This document shows positions 40,195 through 51,261 of a DNA stretch of 64,000 bases, piece by piece. Every line of letters begins with the position of its first letter. Within the stretch, counting starts at the first letter, position 1. Where the stretch lies: NCBI GenBank assembly GCA_965218295.1, contig CBDCKN010000009.1, positions 32,001-96,000 on the forward strand, given 5' to 3'. Source of the stretch: Longimicrobiales bacterium. GTDB lineage: Bacteria > Gemmatimonadota > Gemmatimonadetes > Longimicrobiales > Gaopeijiaceae. Made by a program: the position numbers and the translations under genes. The notes under the pieces are model-generated. The model did no database searches, was not told where the DNA came from, and saw nothing but the letters and a program-made list of their open reading frames with translations.

Positions 40195-41243
40195 GCGGAC
40201 GGCTCATCCTGGGCCTCGAGACGAGCTGTGACGAGACGGCGGCGGCCCTCCTCGAGGCGCCCACCACCCTCCGCGGCCACGTGATCCTTTCCCAGGACGA
40301 GCACGCCCTGTATGGGGGCGTCGTCCCCGAGATAGCCGCCCGGGTCCACCTCCAGCGGATCGACGACGTGGTGGGGGAGACCCTCAGGGAAGCGGGGTGC
40401 GGCTTCGAGGACCTGGACGCGGTGGCCGTCACGGCAGGACCGGGCCTCATCGGGGCGCTTCTGGTGGGCGTCTCCTGGGCGAAGGCTCTGGCCTTCGGGC
40501 TCGGCAAGCCCCTGGCTGCCGTCCACCACATGGAGGCCCACCTCTTCGCCCCCTCGCTGGAGAATCCCGACGCGGAGCCGCCCTTCGTGGCGCTCCTGGT
40601 CTCGGGTGGTCACACCATCCTGCTCCACGCGCCGGCCTGGGGTGAGTACCACCTCCTGGGAGAGACGCGGGACGACGCGGCGGGCGAGGCATTCGACAAG
40701 GTGGCCAAGCTGCTCGGGCTTCCCTATCCGGGGGGCCCTGCCATCCAGGCCCTCGGCTCCGAAGGGGACGAGACCCGCCACCGGTTGCCGCGGCCCATGT
40801 TGCGCTCGAACCAGCGACCCGGCGATGCCGACTTCTACGACTTCTCCTTCAGCGGGCTCAAGACAGCCGTGGCGACGCTCGTTTCGAAGCTCGACAGCCT
40901 CGGCACACTGGACGACGAGCGGGAGCACGTGGCGGCGTCCTTCCAGGCGACAGTGGTGGAGGTTCTGACGAGCAAGACGCTCCGGGCCGTGGAGGAGACC
41001 GGCTGCTCGCGAGTGCTCCTGGGGGGTGGAGTCTCGGCCAACGCACGGTTGCGAGACGAGCTGGGCCGACGGCTGGGTGTCGAGGGGACTCTGTTCCACG
41101 CGTCGCCTCGGCTCTCGCTGGACAACGGAGCCATGGTGGCCCGCGCTGGAGCCTATCGATTGGAGCGCGGAGACGTCGCGCCCCTGAACGCGTCCGCGGA
41201 CCCGAACCTCCCGTTTCTGGGGCTGGTGAGGGCCTCGGCATGA
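40191..41243 (+). CDS. tsaD: tRNA N6-threonylcarbamoyltransferase TsaD
   Basis: LGLETSCDET, GGVVPE, HHMEAH, LVSGGHT, DDAAGEAFDK and DNGAM. Confidence 0.97.
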   Translation: MSGRLILGLETSCDETAAALLEAPTTLRGHVILSQDEHALYGGVVPEIAARVHLQRIDDVVGETLREAGCGFEDLDAVAVTAGPGLIGALLVGVSWAKALAFGLGKPLAAVHHMEAHLFAPSLENPDAEPPFVALLVSGGHTILLHAPAWGEYHLLGETRDDAAGEAFDKVAKLLGLPYPGGPAIQALGSEGDETRHRLPRPMLRSNQRPGDADFYDFSFSGLKTAVATLVSKLDSLGTLDDEREHVAASFQATVVEVLTSKTLRAVEETGCSRVLLGGGVSANARLRDELGRRLGVEGTLFHASPRLSLDNGAMVARAGAYRLERGDVAPLNASADPNLPFLGLVRASA

Positions 41244-41256
41244 GAGGACACTGAGC

Positions 41257-42114
41257 GTGTACCCCATCTTCTTCCGTCTTCCCGAGTGGTTGCCCTTCAT
41301 GGGCGGTGAGCCCATCACGTCCTTCGGGGTGTTCATGTTCCTTTCGTTCCTCACCGCCGGGGTGCTGTTGCGGCCGGAGATGGATCGGGCGGGGATGGAT
41401 CCCGAGAAGGCGTGGGACCTGCTCTTCATGGCGGTCCTGGGGGGCATAGTGGGTGCGAAGCTCTACTACGTGCTCCTGAACTACCCCCGGCTCTTCGAGG
41501 ATCCCGTGCGGGCGATCTTCTCCCGGGGAGGGATGGTCTGGTACGGAGGCTTCGGAGGCGCCGTCGCGCTTATCGTCTGGGAGATCAAGAGGAGTAAGCT
41601 GCCGCTCGCCAGGACGGCCGACATAATAGCCCCTACCCTGGCCATCGGATACGCCGTGGGCCGCGTGGGTTGCTTCCTGGTGGGGGACGACTACGGGCGT
41701 CCCACGGGCTCGTGGGTCGGCATCCGCTTCCCACAGGGGACACCGCCCACCCGTGTCGACGCGCTCGAGAGCCAGTTCGGGATCCAGGTCGATCCCACCC
41801 TCGTCGAGCAGTTCGGGCAGGTGGTTCCGGTCCACCCCACCCAGCTCTACGAGATCACCCTGGCCAGCCTGATCTTCGTGGTCCTCTGGCGACTACGCAT
41901 CCGCGAGCACGGGGCGGGGTGGCTCTGGTGGATCTGCCTGGCCATGCTCAGCTTCGAGCGGTTCCTCGTGGAGTTCGTGCGGGTCAAGGATGATCGCTTC
42001 CTAGGACCGTTCACCCTCGCGCAGCTCATCGCAATGTCGCTCATCATCCTCAGCGTGTGGGGAGTGAATCGCGCTGTGGCTTCGGGAAGGAAGCCAGCGG
42101 AGGCGCCGGCCTGA
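41257..42114 (+). CDS. lgt: Prolipoprotein diacylglyceryl transferase
   Basis: GGMVWYGG, GRVGCFL and HPTQLYE. Confidence 0.93.
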   Translation: MYPIFFRLPEWLPFMGGEPITSFGVFMFLSFLTAGVLLRPEMDRAGMDPEKAWDLLFMAVLGGIVGAKLYYVLLNYPRLFEDPVRAIFSRGGMVWYGGFGGAVALIVWEIKRSKLPLARTADIIAPTLAIGYAVGRVGCFLVGDDYGRPTGSWVGIRFPQGTPPTRVDALESQFGIQVDPTLVEQFGQVVPVHPTQLYEITLASLIFVVLWRLRIREHGAGWLWWICLAMLSFERFLVEFVRVKDDRFLGPFTLAQLIAMSLIILSVWGVNRAVASGRKPAEAPA

Positions 42115-42132
42115 CGGGCCCGCTGAGCTGAG

Positions 42133-42990
42133 GTGAGGATGCTCACGATCCTTCAGGGGTCGGACCTCCACTACGGGAAACCGCATCTAGCGCGTGTCGC
42201 CGCCGCCTTCCACGAGGCGGTGCGCCGGGCCGAGCCCGACGTCATCGTCCTCGCCGGCGACTTCACGCAACGGGCCAAGGTCCGGGAGTACCGGCAGGCC
42301 CGCGAGTGCCTGGATACACTGCCGGACGTTCCGGTCATCGTCACCCCGGGGAATCACGACATTCCCCTCTACCGGGTGCATGAGCGGCTTATCAACCCGC
42401 TGCGCAATTACCGCACGTACATCTCGTCCGATCTGGACAGCGTAACCCGCGTGGAGGGGGCGGTTTTCGTGGCTTTGTGCTCGGCCGAGCCGCACCGGGC
42501 TATCGTCAATGGACGGCTCAGGGGCAGGCAACTCGAGTTCGCGGCACGTATCTTCCAGGAGTGTGCCCCGGAGGACGTTCGCATCTTGGTGACGCACCAT
42601 CCGCTCGCTCGCCCGCGGGATGGTGGATCGGACAACATCCTCCCGGGAAGTGGCACGCTGCTTGACGGTTTCCGGGAGATGGGGGTCGAGCTGATCCTGA
42701 GCGGGCACCTCCACAGAAGCTACGTCGTGAGATCGTCGGGCGGGGGCTCGGTCGGCGGAGCCGTGTCGGGTGCGGAATCGGCCACTACCGACGGGGCTCA
42801 CGGAGACGTGGCTATCGTCCACAGTGGCACGGCCACATCGGACCGCGGCCGCATGGCCGAAAGGGGGAGAAACAGCTTGAACGTGCTGAAGATCGATGCC
42901 CACGAGATCGTGGTGACCCCGCATTGGTTCGAGGAGGACCAGGACCGCTTCGTCGCCCGTGCGCCCACGTACATCCCGCGGCGCTCGTGA
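42133..42990 (+). CDS. Calcineurin-like metallophosphoesterase
   Basis: SDLH, GDFTQ, PGNHD, THHP and GHLH. Confidence 0.92.
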   Translation: MRMLTILQGSDLHYGKPHLARVAAAFHEAVRRAEPDVIVLAGDFTQRAKVREYRQARECLDTLPDVPVIVTPGNHDIPLYRVHERLINPLRNYRTYISSDLDSVTRVEGAVFVALCSAEPHRAIVNGRLRGRQLEFAARIFQECAPEDVRILVTHHPLARPRDGGSDNILPGSGTLLDGFREMGVELILSGHLHRSYVVRSSGGGSVGGAVSGAESATTDGAHGDVAIVHSGTATSDRGRMAERGRNSLNVLKIDAHEIVVTPHWFEEDQDRFVARAPTYIPRRS

Positions 42991-43184
42991 CCCGGTTCTA
43001 CGTCCGCCGAGAACCGGGCCCGCGGGAGACCCTGGGTGCTCTGGCAGTTGCTCTGGGCGTGGGCGCCGTGTCGTTCTACTTCGTGCGCATGCTCCTGGCA
43101 CGGGAGGGCCTCGAAAGGGAGGCCCCGAAGCGGCTTCCGAAGACCGGGGCCGACCTGTCTCTCGCGGGGGACACGGACGGCTAG
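42987..43184 (+). CDS. Small single-TM hypothetical protein
   Basis: GTG overlaps the upstream stop and its own stop overlaps the next start; one hydrophobic helix. Confidence 0.65.
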   Translation: MTRFYVRREPGPRETLGALAVALGVGAVSFYFVRMLLAREGLEREAPKRLPKTGADLSLAGDTDG

Positions 43185-45436
43185 TGTTCCGCGCCACCCA
43201 CTTCGCGCTCGCGGCCCTGCTGGCGCTCGCAGGCTCGGGCTCCGGCACCCTGGCTGCCCAGGCCTCACAGGTGGAGCTCAGCAGCATCGAATTCAGGGGC
43301 AACGTGGCGTTCCCGGACGACTCCCTGTTCCGGGCCATCTTCAATCGCGAGACACGGTGCCGCTCGTTCGTCTTGGCTCCGTTCTGCGCTTTCGGCGCGG
43401 GGTTCAGCATCAGCCATCAGTCGCTCAATGAGCGCGAGCTTCCCGGAGACATCCTCAGGTTGCGGAGCTACTACGGCAGCCGCGGCTTCAAGGAGGCACA
43501 GGTCGATACGGTCATCACGCGGCCGGACGACGACCGGGTGTCGATCCTCTTCCAGATAGAGGAGGGACGCCCCGTTCGCGTCTCGACGCTGGACGTCGTG
43601 GGGATCGAAGGGCTGGAGGAACTGGACCTCGCCGCTGATCTGCCCATCCGGGAGGGCGACCTTCTCAGCTCCATCGACCTCGACGCGGCCCGGGACACGT
43701 TGATCCAGCGGCTCCAGAACCGCGGATATCCCCGCGCGGACGTGATGCGCACGTCTCTGGTCCCGGCCAACACGCCCTACGAAGCCCACGTGACCTTCGA
43801 TGTGGACGCGGGGCCCCGGGCCGTCTTCGGCCCGGTCACCGTCGTGGGCAGTCAGAAGCTCTCCGAGGGAGTGATCCGGCGCATGCTGCCCTTCCAGGAG
43901 GGCCAGGAGTACTCGCGGGCCCGCAGGCTCGAGGCGCAGCGCAACCTCTACTCCATCGAGATGATCCAGCACGCCTCCATAGACGAGACGGTGGATCCGG
44001 CGGGGTCGCTTCCCGATACGGTCGTGCCCCTTCAGGTCAGGGTGACCGAGGGCAACGTACACCGGGTGCGGACGGGAGCGGGGTGGAGCACCTCGGACTG
44101 CGTGAACACCGAGGGCCGGTGGACGAGCCGGAATTTCTTTGGCGGGGCGCGCCGTCTTCGGGTTCGGGCACGTCTGTCCAACCTCATGACCGAAGAGCTC
44201 CACGACGAGATCTGTGGGCAGTCGGGCGTCGGCGACTTCGGGGGCCTCAACTGGCTGGTGTCGGTCGACTTCAGCCAACCGTGGATCTTCAGCCAGCGCT
44301 TCGCCATTGGCGCGAGCTTGTTCTTCGAGCGCCAGAGCCTCCAGGACGTGTTCGTTCGCCAGGCCGTGGGTCTCGACCTGTCGTTGTCTCGTGCCGTAGG
44401 TCCGTACACGTCTCTCAGCTTCGCCTATCGGCCCCAGCTCACCCAGCTCGAGGCGGCAGAGGTCTTCTTCTGCATTACCTTCCTCGTTTGTACTCCAGAA
44501 GACATCTCCGGCCTTCAGGATCCCAACTGGCTGGCGCCGCTGGCCTTCAACGTCGTCCGTGACCGCACCAACAGCCTCCTGAACCCCAGCCAGGGCTATC
44601 ACGTGTTCTTGAATGTGGAGCACGCCTCGAGCGTCACGGGATCGGATTTCGAGTACAACCGGGTCTTCGCCGGCGTGACGAGGTATCAGCAAGCGAGCCA
44701 CGGCCAGGTTCTGGCGGTGCGCCTGCAGGGCGGCTGGATCGGTGCCGGCGCCTTCAGCCTTCTGGGCGGGCGCGCCGACATCATTCACCCGCAGAAGCGC
44801 TTCTATGCGGGAGGAGCCAACAGCGTCCGGGGCTTCGCCCAGAACCAGCTCGGACCGCGGGTCCTCACTGTGGACGTCACCGAGCTCCTCTCCTCGGTGT
44901 CGGAGACCGTGGGGCCGCCTTGCACACCCGGGCAGATCCTCGACCTCACTTGCGACGCGAATCCGCTGGATGATGGGGCCTTCGGGACTCCCCGGCCCAC
45001 CGGCGGCCGCGTGGTCGTCGAGGGAGGGCTAGAGTACCGGGTGCCTTTGGGGCCCCGGGTAGAGGCCGCCGTGTTCGCCGACTTCGGTCGGATCTGGGCC
45101 GAGGCAGAGTCCGAGGCCGTAAGCAGGTTCGAGGTGGCGCCGGGCGTGGGCGTCCGCTACATGAGCCCCATTGGGCCCATTCGCATCGACTTGGGTTACC
45201 GCTTCCGTGGGATCGAAGATCTCCAGGTCGTGACATCCCAGATCCGCCCGTTCGACCCCACGCGTGACGACGAATCGGACAGGATCACCCGCTTCGTGAA
45301 CGGCACGGAGGAGACCCTCGACTTCGTGCTCGTGGACGAGCTGGCCGTTCTGGGGCCCCCCGTGGCCTTCGGCCCCACCGGCCGATTCTCCCTGAACCGC
45401 CTTCAGCTCCACCTGAGCATCGGGCAGGCGTTCTGA
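43184..45436 (+). CDS. tamA: Omp85-family outer membrane protein (TamA-like; POTRA domains plus barrel)
   Basis: Signal peptide, POTRA repeats, FYAGGANSVRGF, SPIGPIRID and C-terminal IGQAF; upstream of tamB. Confidence 0.85.
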   Translation: MFRATHFALAALLALAGSGSGTLAAQASQVELSSIEFRGNVAFPDDSLFRAIFNRETRCRSFVLAPFCAFGAGFSISHQSLNERELPGDILRLRSYYGSRGFKEAQVDTVITRPDDDRVSILFQIEEGRPVRVSTLDVVGIEGLEELDLAADLPIREGDLLSSIDLDAARDTLIQRLQNRGYPRADVMRTSLVPANTPYEAHVTFDVDAGPRAVFGPVTVVGSQKLSEGVIRRMLPFQEGQEYSRARRLEAQRNLYSIEMIQHASIDETVDPAGSLPDTVVPLQVRVTEGNVHRVRTGAGWSTSDCVNTEGRWTSRNFFGGARRLRVRARLSNLMTEELHDEICGQSGVGDFGGLNWLVSVDFSQPWIFSQRFAIGASLFFERQSLQDVFVRQAVGLDLSLSRAVGPYTSLSFAYRPQLTQLEAAEVFFCITFLVCTPEDISGLQDPNWLAPLAFNVVRDRTNSLLNPSQGYHVFLNVEHASSVTGSDFEYNRVFAGVTRYQQASHGQVLAVRLQGGWIGAGAFSLLGGRADIIHPQKRFYAGGANSVRGFAQNQLGPRVLTVDVTELLSSVSETVGPPCTPGQILDLTCDANPLDDGAFGTPRPTGGRVVVEGGLEYRVPLGPRVEAAVFADFGRIWAEAESEAVSRFEVAPGVGVRYMSPIGPIRIDLGYRFRGIEDLQVVTSQIRPFDPTRDDESDRITRFVNGTEETLDFVLVDELAVLGPPVAFGPTGRFSLNRLQLHLSIGQAF

Positions 45437-45437
45437 G

Positions 45438-48400
45438 ATGGGACGGGCGCGGAAGTCCGTGAGGCTCGCTGCCATCGTCCTGTTGGCCACAGGGGCCGGT
45501 GCCTTGTCGACGTTCTTTCTCCTGACGCGCACGACCGTCGGCCAAGCCCTCGTTGTCGAGGCGGTGCTGAAGCGGGTGGAGGGCGTGGTGAACGGTGAGA
45601 TCCTGGTGTCGGGGATCCGCTCCACGGGCCTCCATAGGGGGGCGAAGCTGGTGGGGGTCCAGGTCAACGCGCCCGACGGCAGTCCCCTGCTCGTGGTGGA
45701 CTCGCTGGAGGCGGAGTACTCGATCGGCAATATCCTCAAGGGTGACGTCGTCCTGGCGGGCGTCACGCTTTGGCGACCGACCTTTACGATCACGCGTTCC
45801 CGCCAGGGCGAGCGCTTCAACATTTCGGCGTTCCTGGCGGGCAGACAGGCCGGAAGCGTGGAAGCCCCATCCCATGAGCCCACCGGCGACGAGGGGGCAA
45901 CCGAAGGGGGGGCAACCGAGGACGCGGCAACCGAAGAGCGGGCCGGCGGGGAGCGGGTCGCCGTGGAGGCGGAGCCCGAAGGCGGCAGGCGGTTGGTGCT
46001 GGAAGACGTGACCATCTACGAGGGCAGTCTCGACGTGCGCTACCCTCTCTCGTCGGCACCCGGTCCTGAGTCGCGCATCGTCACGGTGCCCGCATCCGAC
46101 GGCGAGGGGCTCATGCGGAGCCTCGGATTCCGCGGGATCGACGCCCATCTGGATCGGCTCACCATCGTAGATCCCGAAGTGGAGGGCCTGCGAGTGGATG
46201 TGGGCGGGTTCGCCATGGAGGGCGAGGTCTTCCGGGATCCGGTCCGGGTCCAGGAGTTCGTTGGACGGGTGGAGTGGCTGGATGACCGCATCACGGTCAC
46301 CACCGACCGCATCAGGCTTCCGGGGACGGACGCCAGCGGGCTTGCCATCGTCGATCTCATCGAGGGGTCGCCGCCCGAGCTGACACTGGACTTTGTGGCC
46401 ACCCGCTTCGACATGGCGGACCTGCGGTGGCTGCAGCCGACCCTTCCGGACGCGCAGGGGAGTGCGGGGATCGGGGTGAACCTGGGCCCGGAGGGGCTCC
46501 AGGTCCGCTGGTCCGGGGCACACTTCGATGTGGCGGGTGGCGAGTTCGTCGGCGACGGTGTGTTCAGCCGGCCCCGTGCAGGGGAGCCGTCCCTCGAGGA
46601 CGTGTCGGTAGAGGTCTCGGGGATCCCGGTCTCCTTCCTGGCCGACTATCTCCCGTGGATGCCGCCGCTGGACGGGAAGATCCACGGGTACCTGGGCCTT
46701 TCCGGTACCCTGGACGCCCTGGCCGTGGCGGGGCGGGTGGCCCTCTTGGAGCCGGGTGCGGGACCCTCGGGTGGCGAGATCGAAGGTGTCCTGCACCTCC
46801 GCGGACCCGTGGGCGCCACGAACCTGCACGCGCGGTTCACGCCCATCGACCTCAGCCTGGTGAACCACTTCGCGAAGGGACTTCGCCTGGCCGGGGCCAT
46901 GAGCCTCGACCTCAGGGCCCACGGTCGCCTGGACGAGGGCGTGCGGATAGCGCTCGATGCCACCTATCCCGACCCCGAGTCGGAGGAGTCTCACATCTCC
47001 GTCGAGGGCAGCCTGACGGACGTGGAGGGCGAGGTGTTCGTGTTCTTGGACGGAGATCTGGAGCCGCTCTCCATCAGTGGACTGTTCGGGGAGGAGTCGC
47101 CCCTTTCCCGGCTGGGTGTGGTGCGGGGGACCGTCCACGCCGAGGGTCCCCTCTCGGCCGTGGCCCTGAGGACGGACCTTGTAACGGGCGGAGGCGAGCT
47201 CACGCTCGAGAGTCGTTTCGACGTACGATCGCCCCTGACGTCCTATCGCCTCCTGGGCGAAGCCCGTGACTTCGACGTTCGGGAAGTGCTGCCCGCACTT
47301 CCGGAAGGCACGGTCTTCTCCGGGTTCCTCGATCTCCGTGGGGAGGGAGGCGATCTCAGAACCGCCGAGCTGTCGGGTGAAGTGCAGCTGACCGCCTCTC
47401 GCTTCGCCGACCTCGATGTCGACACGGCGGCGGTCCAGCTCCGGATCTCCGGAGGCGTCCTCACGGTGGACACCGTCCAGAGCGTCATCGGTGGGGTAGC
47501 GGTGGAGGGAGCTGGGCGGCTCGCCCTGGCCGGCAGCGGATCCACCGAGGAACTCCACGTCCGATTCGAGACCGAGAACCTGGAGGGACTTCGGCCCCTG
47601 CTCCTGGGACCCAACGTCATCGCCAGGGACACCCTCTCGGCTCTCGAGCTCACCATCCTGGCTCTTGAGGACATCGATCCCGACACCCTGCCCACGCTGG
47701 CGCAGGTCTTCGTGTCGGGGCGCCTGGACGGGGGCCTCACGCTGGCCGGTTCCCTGGAGGACCTCGACGTCTCGGGGCAGGCTCGTCTGGAGGACGGCCG
47801 CTATGGGGACAGCCGGGTGGGAGACGCCGCCGTTTCGTTCTCGGCCACCGGCCTGTTCTCGCAGGCGCGGGAAATCGAGGCGCAGATAGACGGGGGCGAG
47901 GTGCGCTTCCTCGACCGGGCCTTCGACTCCATTTCCGTGCGCCTGGAGTACCAGGAGCCCCGGGGCCGCGTGAACCTGTTCGTCGTTCGGTCCGAAGAGG
48001 AGAGCTACCAGGCCCGGGTGGCGTTCGAGCTGGAAGACGCGGTACGGACCCTCCACCTCGACGAGCTGGTCCTGCGCTTCCCCGACGAGCGGTGGAACCT
48101 GGGAGGTCCGGCCACGATCTCGTGGGATCCGGACGGGCTCACCTTCCGGGACCTGCGGGTGATCCGCCCAGGTGTCGGCGGTATGCGCCTCGGGGCCGAG
48201 GGCCGCCTGCCGTTCGAGGGTGAAGCAGACCTCGACCTGAGCGTTCAGGGTCTCGACGTCAGCCGCATCGCACACGTGCTGCAGATGAGCGAGCGCCTGG
48301 AGGGAGTGGTGGACGTGGAGCTCGAGGTCACCGGAAGCGACGTCGAGCCGGTCATGTCCGGGACGCTCTCCGCGGCGGACTTCCGCTTCCGGGAGTTCGA

Positions 48401-50003
48401 GTTCGACCTCCTAGTGGGGGCCTGGGACTACGAGAACCGGACCGCCACGGGCGGGATCGAGCTCTGGAAGGACACGGTGCAGGTCCTTACCGTGAGCGGG
48501 AAGCTGCCCCTGGATCTGGCCTTCCACGCCGTGCTGGATCGGATCCCCGACGAGCCCATCGATCTCGTGGTCGCCTCACGGCAGCTGCCGCTCTCTCTGC
48601 TCATGGCGCCGTTCGAGAGCTACCAGGAAGTGGAGGGCACCCTGTCCGGGCGCGTCGAACTGGGAGGCACGACGGAGAGCCTGGCCCCCATCGGCCAACT
48701 CACCTTGTCCGAGGCCGGTGCCTTCCTACGGGGCCTCGGGGTCCGTTACCAGGATCTGAACGGGACGCTGGACTGGTTCCCCGACGGTCGGGTGGAGGTG
48801 GACGGCAGCGTCCGGGCTTTGGGAACGGCCAGCGTGCAGGGGACCGTGACCCTGGCACCGGCTTCCGATCCGGGCTTCGACCTGTCGGTGAATCTCGACG
48901 CCTTCCAGGGGATCGACCGTCGAGACGTCACCGGCCGCCTGAGCGGGGACTTCCGGGTGGGTGGGTCGTACCGGCGCCCCGTGGTCTCCGGCGATCTCCG
49001 GGTGGACGAGGGGACGCTGTTCGTGGAGGAGTTCCAGCGCGCCGCCGAGATCGTGGACCTTTCGGATCCCGCCTTCTACGAGGTGGTGGATACGTCGGTA
49101 GTGGATCTCCGTCCGCTCCTGGCCGGACAGAATGCCTTCCTGCGGAACATCCGCATGGAGAACATGACCCTGACGGTGCAGCGCAACAGCTGGATCCGCA
49201 GCGACCGCATGGACGTGGAGCTCGACGGCGAGCTCCAGGTGCTCTACGACCGCCTCACGCAAGACCTGGCCATGGTGGGCACGCTGGAGGCGGTGCGCGG
49301 ATCGTACGGGGCCTTCGGGAGACAGTTCCAGGTGGACGGGGGCACCCTGCGCTTCCTCGGGACACCCGGCATCAACCCCGATCTGAACATCCAGGCGAGC
49401 AATCGCGTCCGCTCCGCCCAGGGAGATCGCTTCACCATCACGGCCGCCGTAACGGGTACTCTGGTCTCGCCTCGGATCGGCCTCACCAGCGACCAGGCGG
49501 GCGTCACCGAGGACGACCTCCTCAGCTACCTCTACTTCGGCCGGCCCACCTACGCCTTGACCTCGGGCCAGACTCAGGCTCTGGGGGCCGCCGGTGCCCT
49601 GCTGGGCTCGGGTGTGACACTGGGTCTCAGCACGTTCAGCAACCGCCTCGGATCGGCGGTCGCCCAGGAGCTGGGCGTGGACTACCTGTCCATCACGCAG
49701 CAGGACCTCGGAGCTCTGGGTGACGCCAGCCTGCGAGGAACGCTGGGCACGACCGTCGTGGAAACGGGCTTCTACCTGGCCGACGACTTCTTCGTCACTC
49801 TGCTCCTCAGGCTGCTGGCCAACCAGGGCGCGGGGAGCCAGTTCGCGGGCATCCGCTTCGAGTGGGTGGCCTCCAACGCCTACACCATCGAGTCCTTCTT
49901 CGAGGACCGCTTCTTCCGGGGGCGGGTGGTGGGCTTCAACGAGTTGGGCATCCAGAACGAGAAGGGGGTCGGCCTGTTCATCTTCCGCGAGTGGGCGTAC
50001 TAG
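45438..50003 (+). CDS. tamB: Translocation and assembly module TamB
   Basis: 1521 aa, N-terminal anchor, beta-rich body and DUF490-type C-terminus (INPDLNIQA, DLLSYLYFGR). Confidence 0.88.
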   Translation: MGRARKSVRLAAIVLLATGAGALSTFFLLTRTTVGQALVVEAVLKRVEGVVNGEILVSGIRSTGLHRGAKLVGVQVNAPDGSPLLVVDSLEAEYSIGNILKGDVVLAGVTLWRPTFTITRSRQGERFNISAFLAGRQAGSVEAPSHEPTGDEGATEGGATEDAATEERAGGERVAVEAEPEGGRRLVLEDVTIYEGSLDVRYPLSSAPGPESRIVTVPASDGEGLMRSLGFRGIDAHLDRLTIVDPEVEGLRVDVGGFAMEGEVFRDPVRVQEFVGRVEWLDDRITVTTDRIRLPGTDASGLAIVDLIEGSPPELTLDFVATRFDMADLRWLQPTLPDAQGSAGIGVNLGPEGLQVRWSGAHFDVAGGEFVGDGVFSRPRAGEPSLEDVSVEVSGIPVSFLADYLPWMPPLDGKIHGYLGLSGTLDALAVAGRVALLEPGAGPSGGEIEGVLHLRGPVGATNLHARFTPIDLSLVNHFAKGLRLAGAMSLDLRAHGRLDEGVRIALDATYPDPESEESHISVEGSLTDVEGEVFVFLDGDLEPLSISGLFGEESPLSRLGVVRGTVHAEGPLSAVALRTDLVTGGGELTLESRFDVRSPLTSYRLLGEARDFDVREVLPALPEGTVFSGFLDLRGEGGDLRTAELSGEVQLTASRFADLDVDTAAVQLRISGGVLTVDTVQSVIGGVAVEGAGRLALAGSGSTEELHVRFETENLEGLRPLLLGPNVIARDTLSALELTILALEDIDPDTLPTLAQVFVSGRLDGGLTLAGSLEDLDVSGQARLEDGRYGDSRVGDAAVSFSATGLFSQAREIEAQIDGGEVRFLDRAFDSISVRLEYQEPRGRVNLFVVRSEEESYQARVAFELEDAVRTLHLDELVLRFPDERWNLGGPATISWDPDGLTFRDLRVIRPGVGGMRLGAEGRLPFEGEADLDLSVQGLDVSRIAHVLQMSERLEGVVDVELEVTGSDVEPVMSGTLSAADFRFREFEFDLLVGAWDYENRTATGGIELWKDTVQVLTVSGKLPLDLAFHAVLDRIPDEPIDLVVASRQLPLSLLMAPFESYQEVEGTLSGRVELGGTTESLAPIGQLTLSEAGAFLRGLGVRYQDLNGTLDWFPDGRVEVDGSVRALGTASVQGTVTLAPASDPGFDLSVNLDAFQGIDRRDVTGRLSGDFRVGGSYRRPVVSGDLRVDEGTLFVEEFQRAAEIVDLSDPAFYEVVDTSVVDLRPLLAGQNAFLRNIRMENMTLTVQRNSWIRSDRMDVELDGELQVLYDRLTQDLAMVGTLEAVRGSYGAFGRQFQVDGGTLRFLGTPGINPDLNIQASNRVRSAQGDRFTITAAVTGTLVSPRIGLTSDQAGVTEDDLLSYLYFGRPTYALTSGQTQALGAAGALLGSGVTLGLSTFSNRLGSAVAQELGVDYLSITQQDLGALGDASLRGTLGTTVVETGFYLADDFFVTLLLRLLANQGAGSQFAGIRFEWVASNAYTIESFFEDRFFRGRVVGFNELGIQNEKGVGLFIFREWAY

Positions 50004-50025
50004 GTGCTCCAAGGAGGTAACCGTG

Positions 50026-51261
50026 ATGGGCAAGACAGAATCACGAGGTCAAGGCGGGTCGGGCCAGCACGCCCACCGGGTCCAAGGCCCTGAACCGGAA
50101 GGCCTGGAGCGGCATCCGGAAATCCCGTCGAACCTGAAGGAGGCGCTTCAATGGTATAAGTCCATGGTCACCGCTACCAGCGATCTCACGGTGTTTGTTG
50201 ATTCTACGTATACATATCGGGCGGTGAACCAAGCCTACTGCGATGAACACGGGCGGACTGAGGAGGAGATTCTCGGACACACCGTAGCCGAAGTGTTTGG
50301 AGAGAAGGCTTTTGAGACCACGCTGAAGCCCCACTTCGATCGCTGTCTATCGGGTGAGCAGGTGACGTTCGAGTTCTGGTGGAACTCGCCAGGTCGGGGC
50401 CGTCGGCACATCGATGCGCGGTACCACCCGTTCTTCGAGGCCGATGGCTCAGTGTCGGGGGTTGTGGTGGATGCGCGCGATACGACCGATCGGAAGGAAA
50501 TTGAGGAACAGCTTGAACAGTCGGTCGTGGCACTCGAAGTGGCGAATCGGGAGCTAGAGACGTTTAGCGACGCCCTAGCGCACGATCTGAAGAACCCGTT
50601 GCTGACCGTGACCCAGTTCAGCGAGTACCTCGACGAAGCCCTCGGCAACTCGCTCGATGAACAGCTGGCGGACTACCTACAGCGCATTCGGGCCGCGGGC
50701 CGGCACATGATGCACATCATCGACGACTTTCGCGACCTCGCTGACGTGAACCGAGTCGAGATCAGTCGAGAGGAAATCGACTTATCATCGTTGGGTCGAG
50801 AGATCATCGACGATTTGAGTGCGCTGGTCCCGGATCGCAACGTGAGGTTCGAGGCGGAGCCTGGAATCACGGCCGTTGGGGACAAGACGCTTTTGAGGAT
50901 TCTCCTGACCAACCTGCTCCAAAACGCATGGAAGTACACCGGTCCTAGCGATGACGCTCGGATCGAGCTGGGCGTCGACGAGGACGAGAGTGATGTCCCG
51001 ACCTACCACGTTCGGGACAATGGGATCGGCTTCGACAACGCCGACCGTGAGCGAATCTTCCGAGCCTTCGAGCGGCTCCATAGCAAGGGGGAGTTCGCAG
51101 GGAGCGGACTCGGGCTGGCCACCGTGGAGCGAGTCGTGCGTCGCCACAGCGGACGAGTGTGGGCCGAGGGCATCCTAGGAGAGGGGGCGATCTTCCGTTT
51201 CACTCTTGAACCTGAATCGATAGACGCGCACAGGGCGGACCACCAGCCCTTGGACGGGTAG
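50026..51261 (+). CDS. PAS-domain sensor histidine kinase
   Basis: AAGGAGGT SD, PAS, H-box AHDLKNPL, NLLQNAWKY, DNGIG and GSGLGL. Confidence 0.93.
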   Translation: MGKTESRGQGGSGQHAHRVQGPEPEGLERHPEIPSNLKEALQWYKSMVTATSDLTVFVDSTYTYRAVNQAYCDEHGRTEEEILGHTVAEVFGEKAFETTLKPHFDRCLSGEQVTFEFWWNSPGRGRRHIDARYHPFFEADGSVSGVVVDARDTTDRKEIEEQLEQSVVALEVANRELETFSDALAHDLKNPLLTVTQFSEYLDEALGNSLDEQLADYLQRIRAAGRHMMHIIDDFRDLADVNRVEISREEIDLSSLGREIIDDLSALVPDRNVRFEAEPGITAVGDKTLLRILLTNLLQNAWKYTGPSDDARIELGVDEDESDVPTYHVRDNGIGFDNADRERIFRAFERLHSKGEFAGSGLGLATVERVVRRHSGRVWAEGILGEGAIFRFTLEPESIDAHRADHQPLDG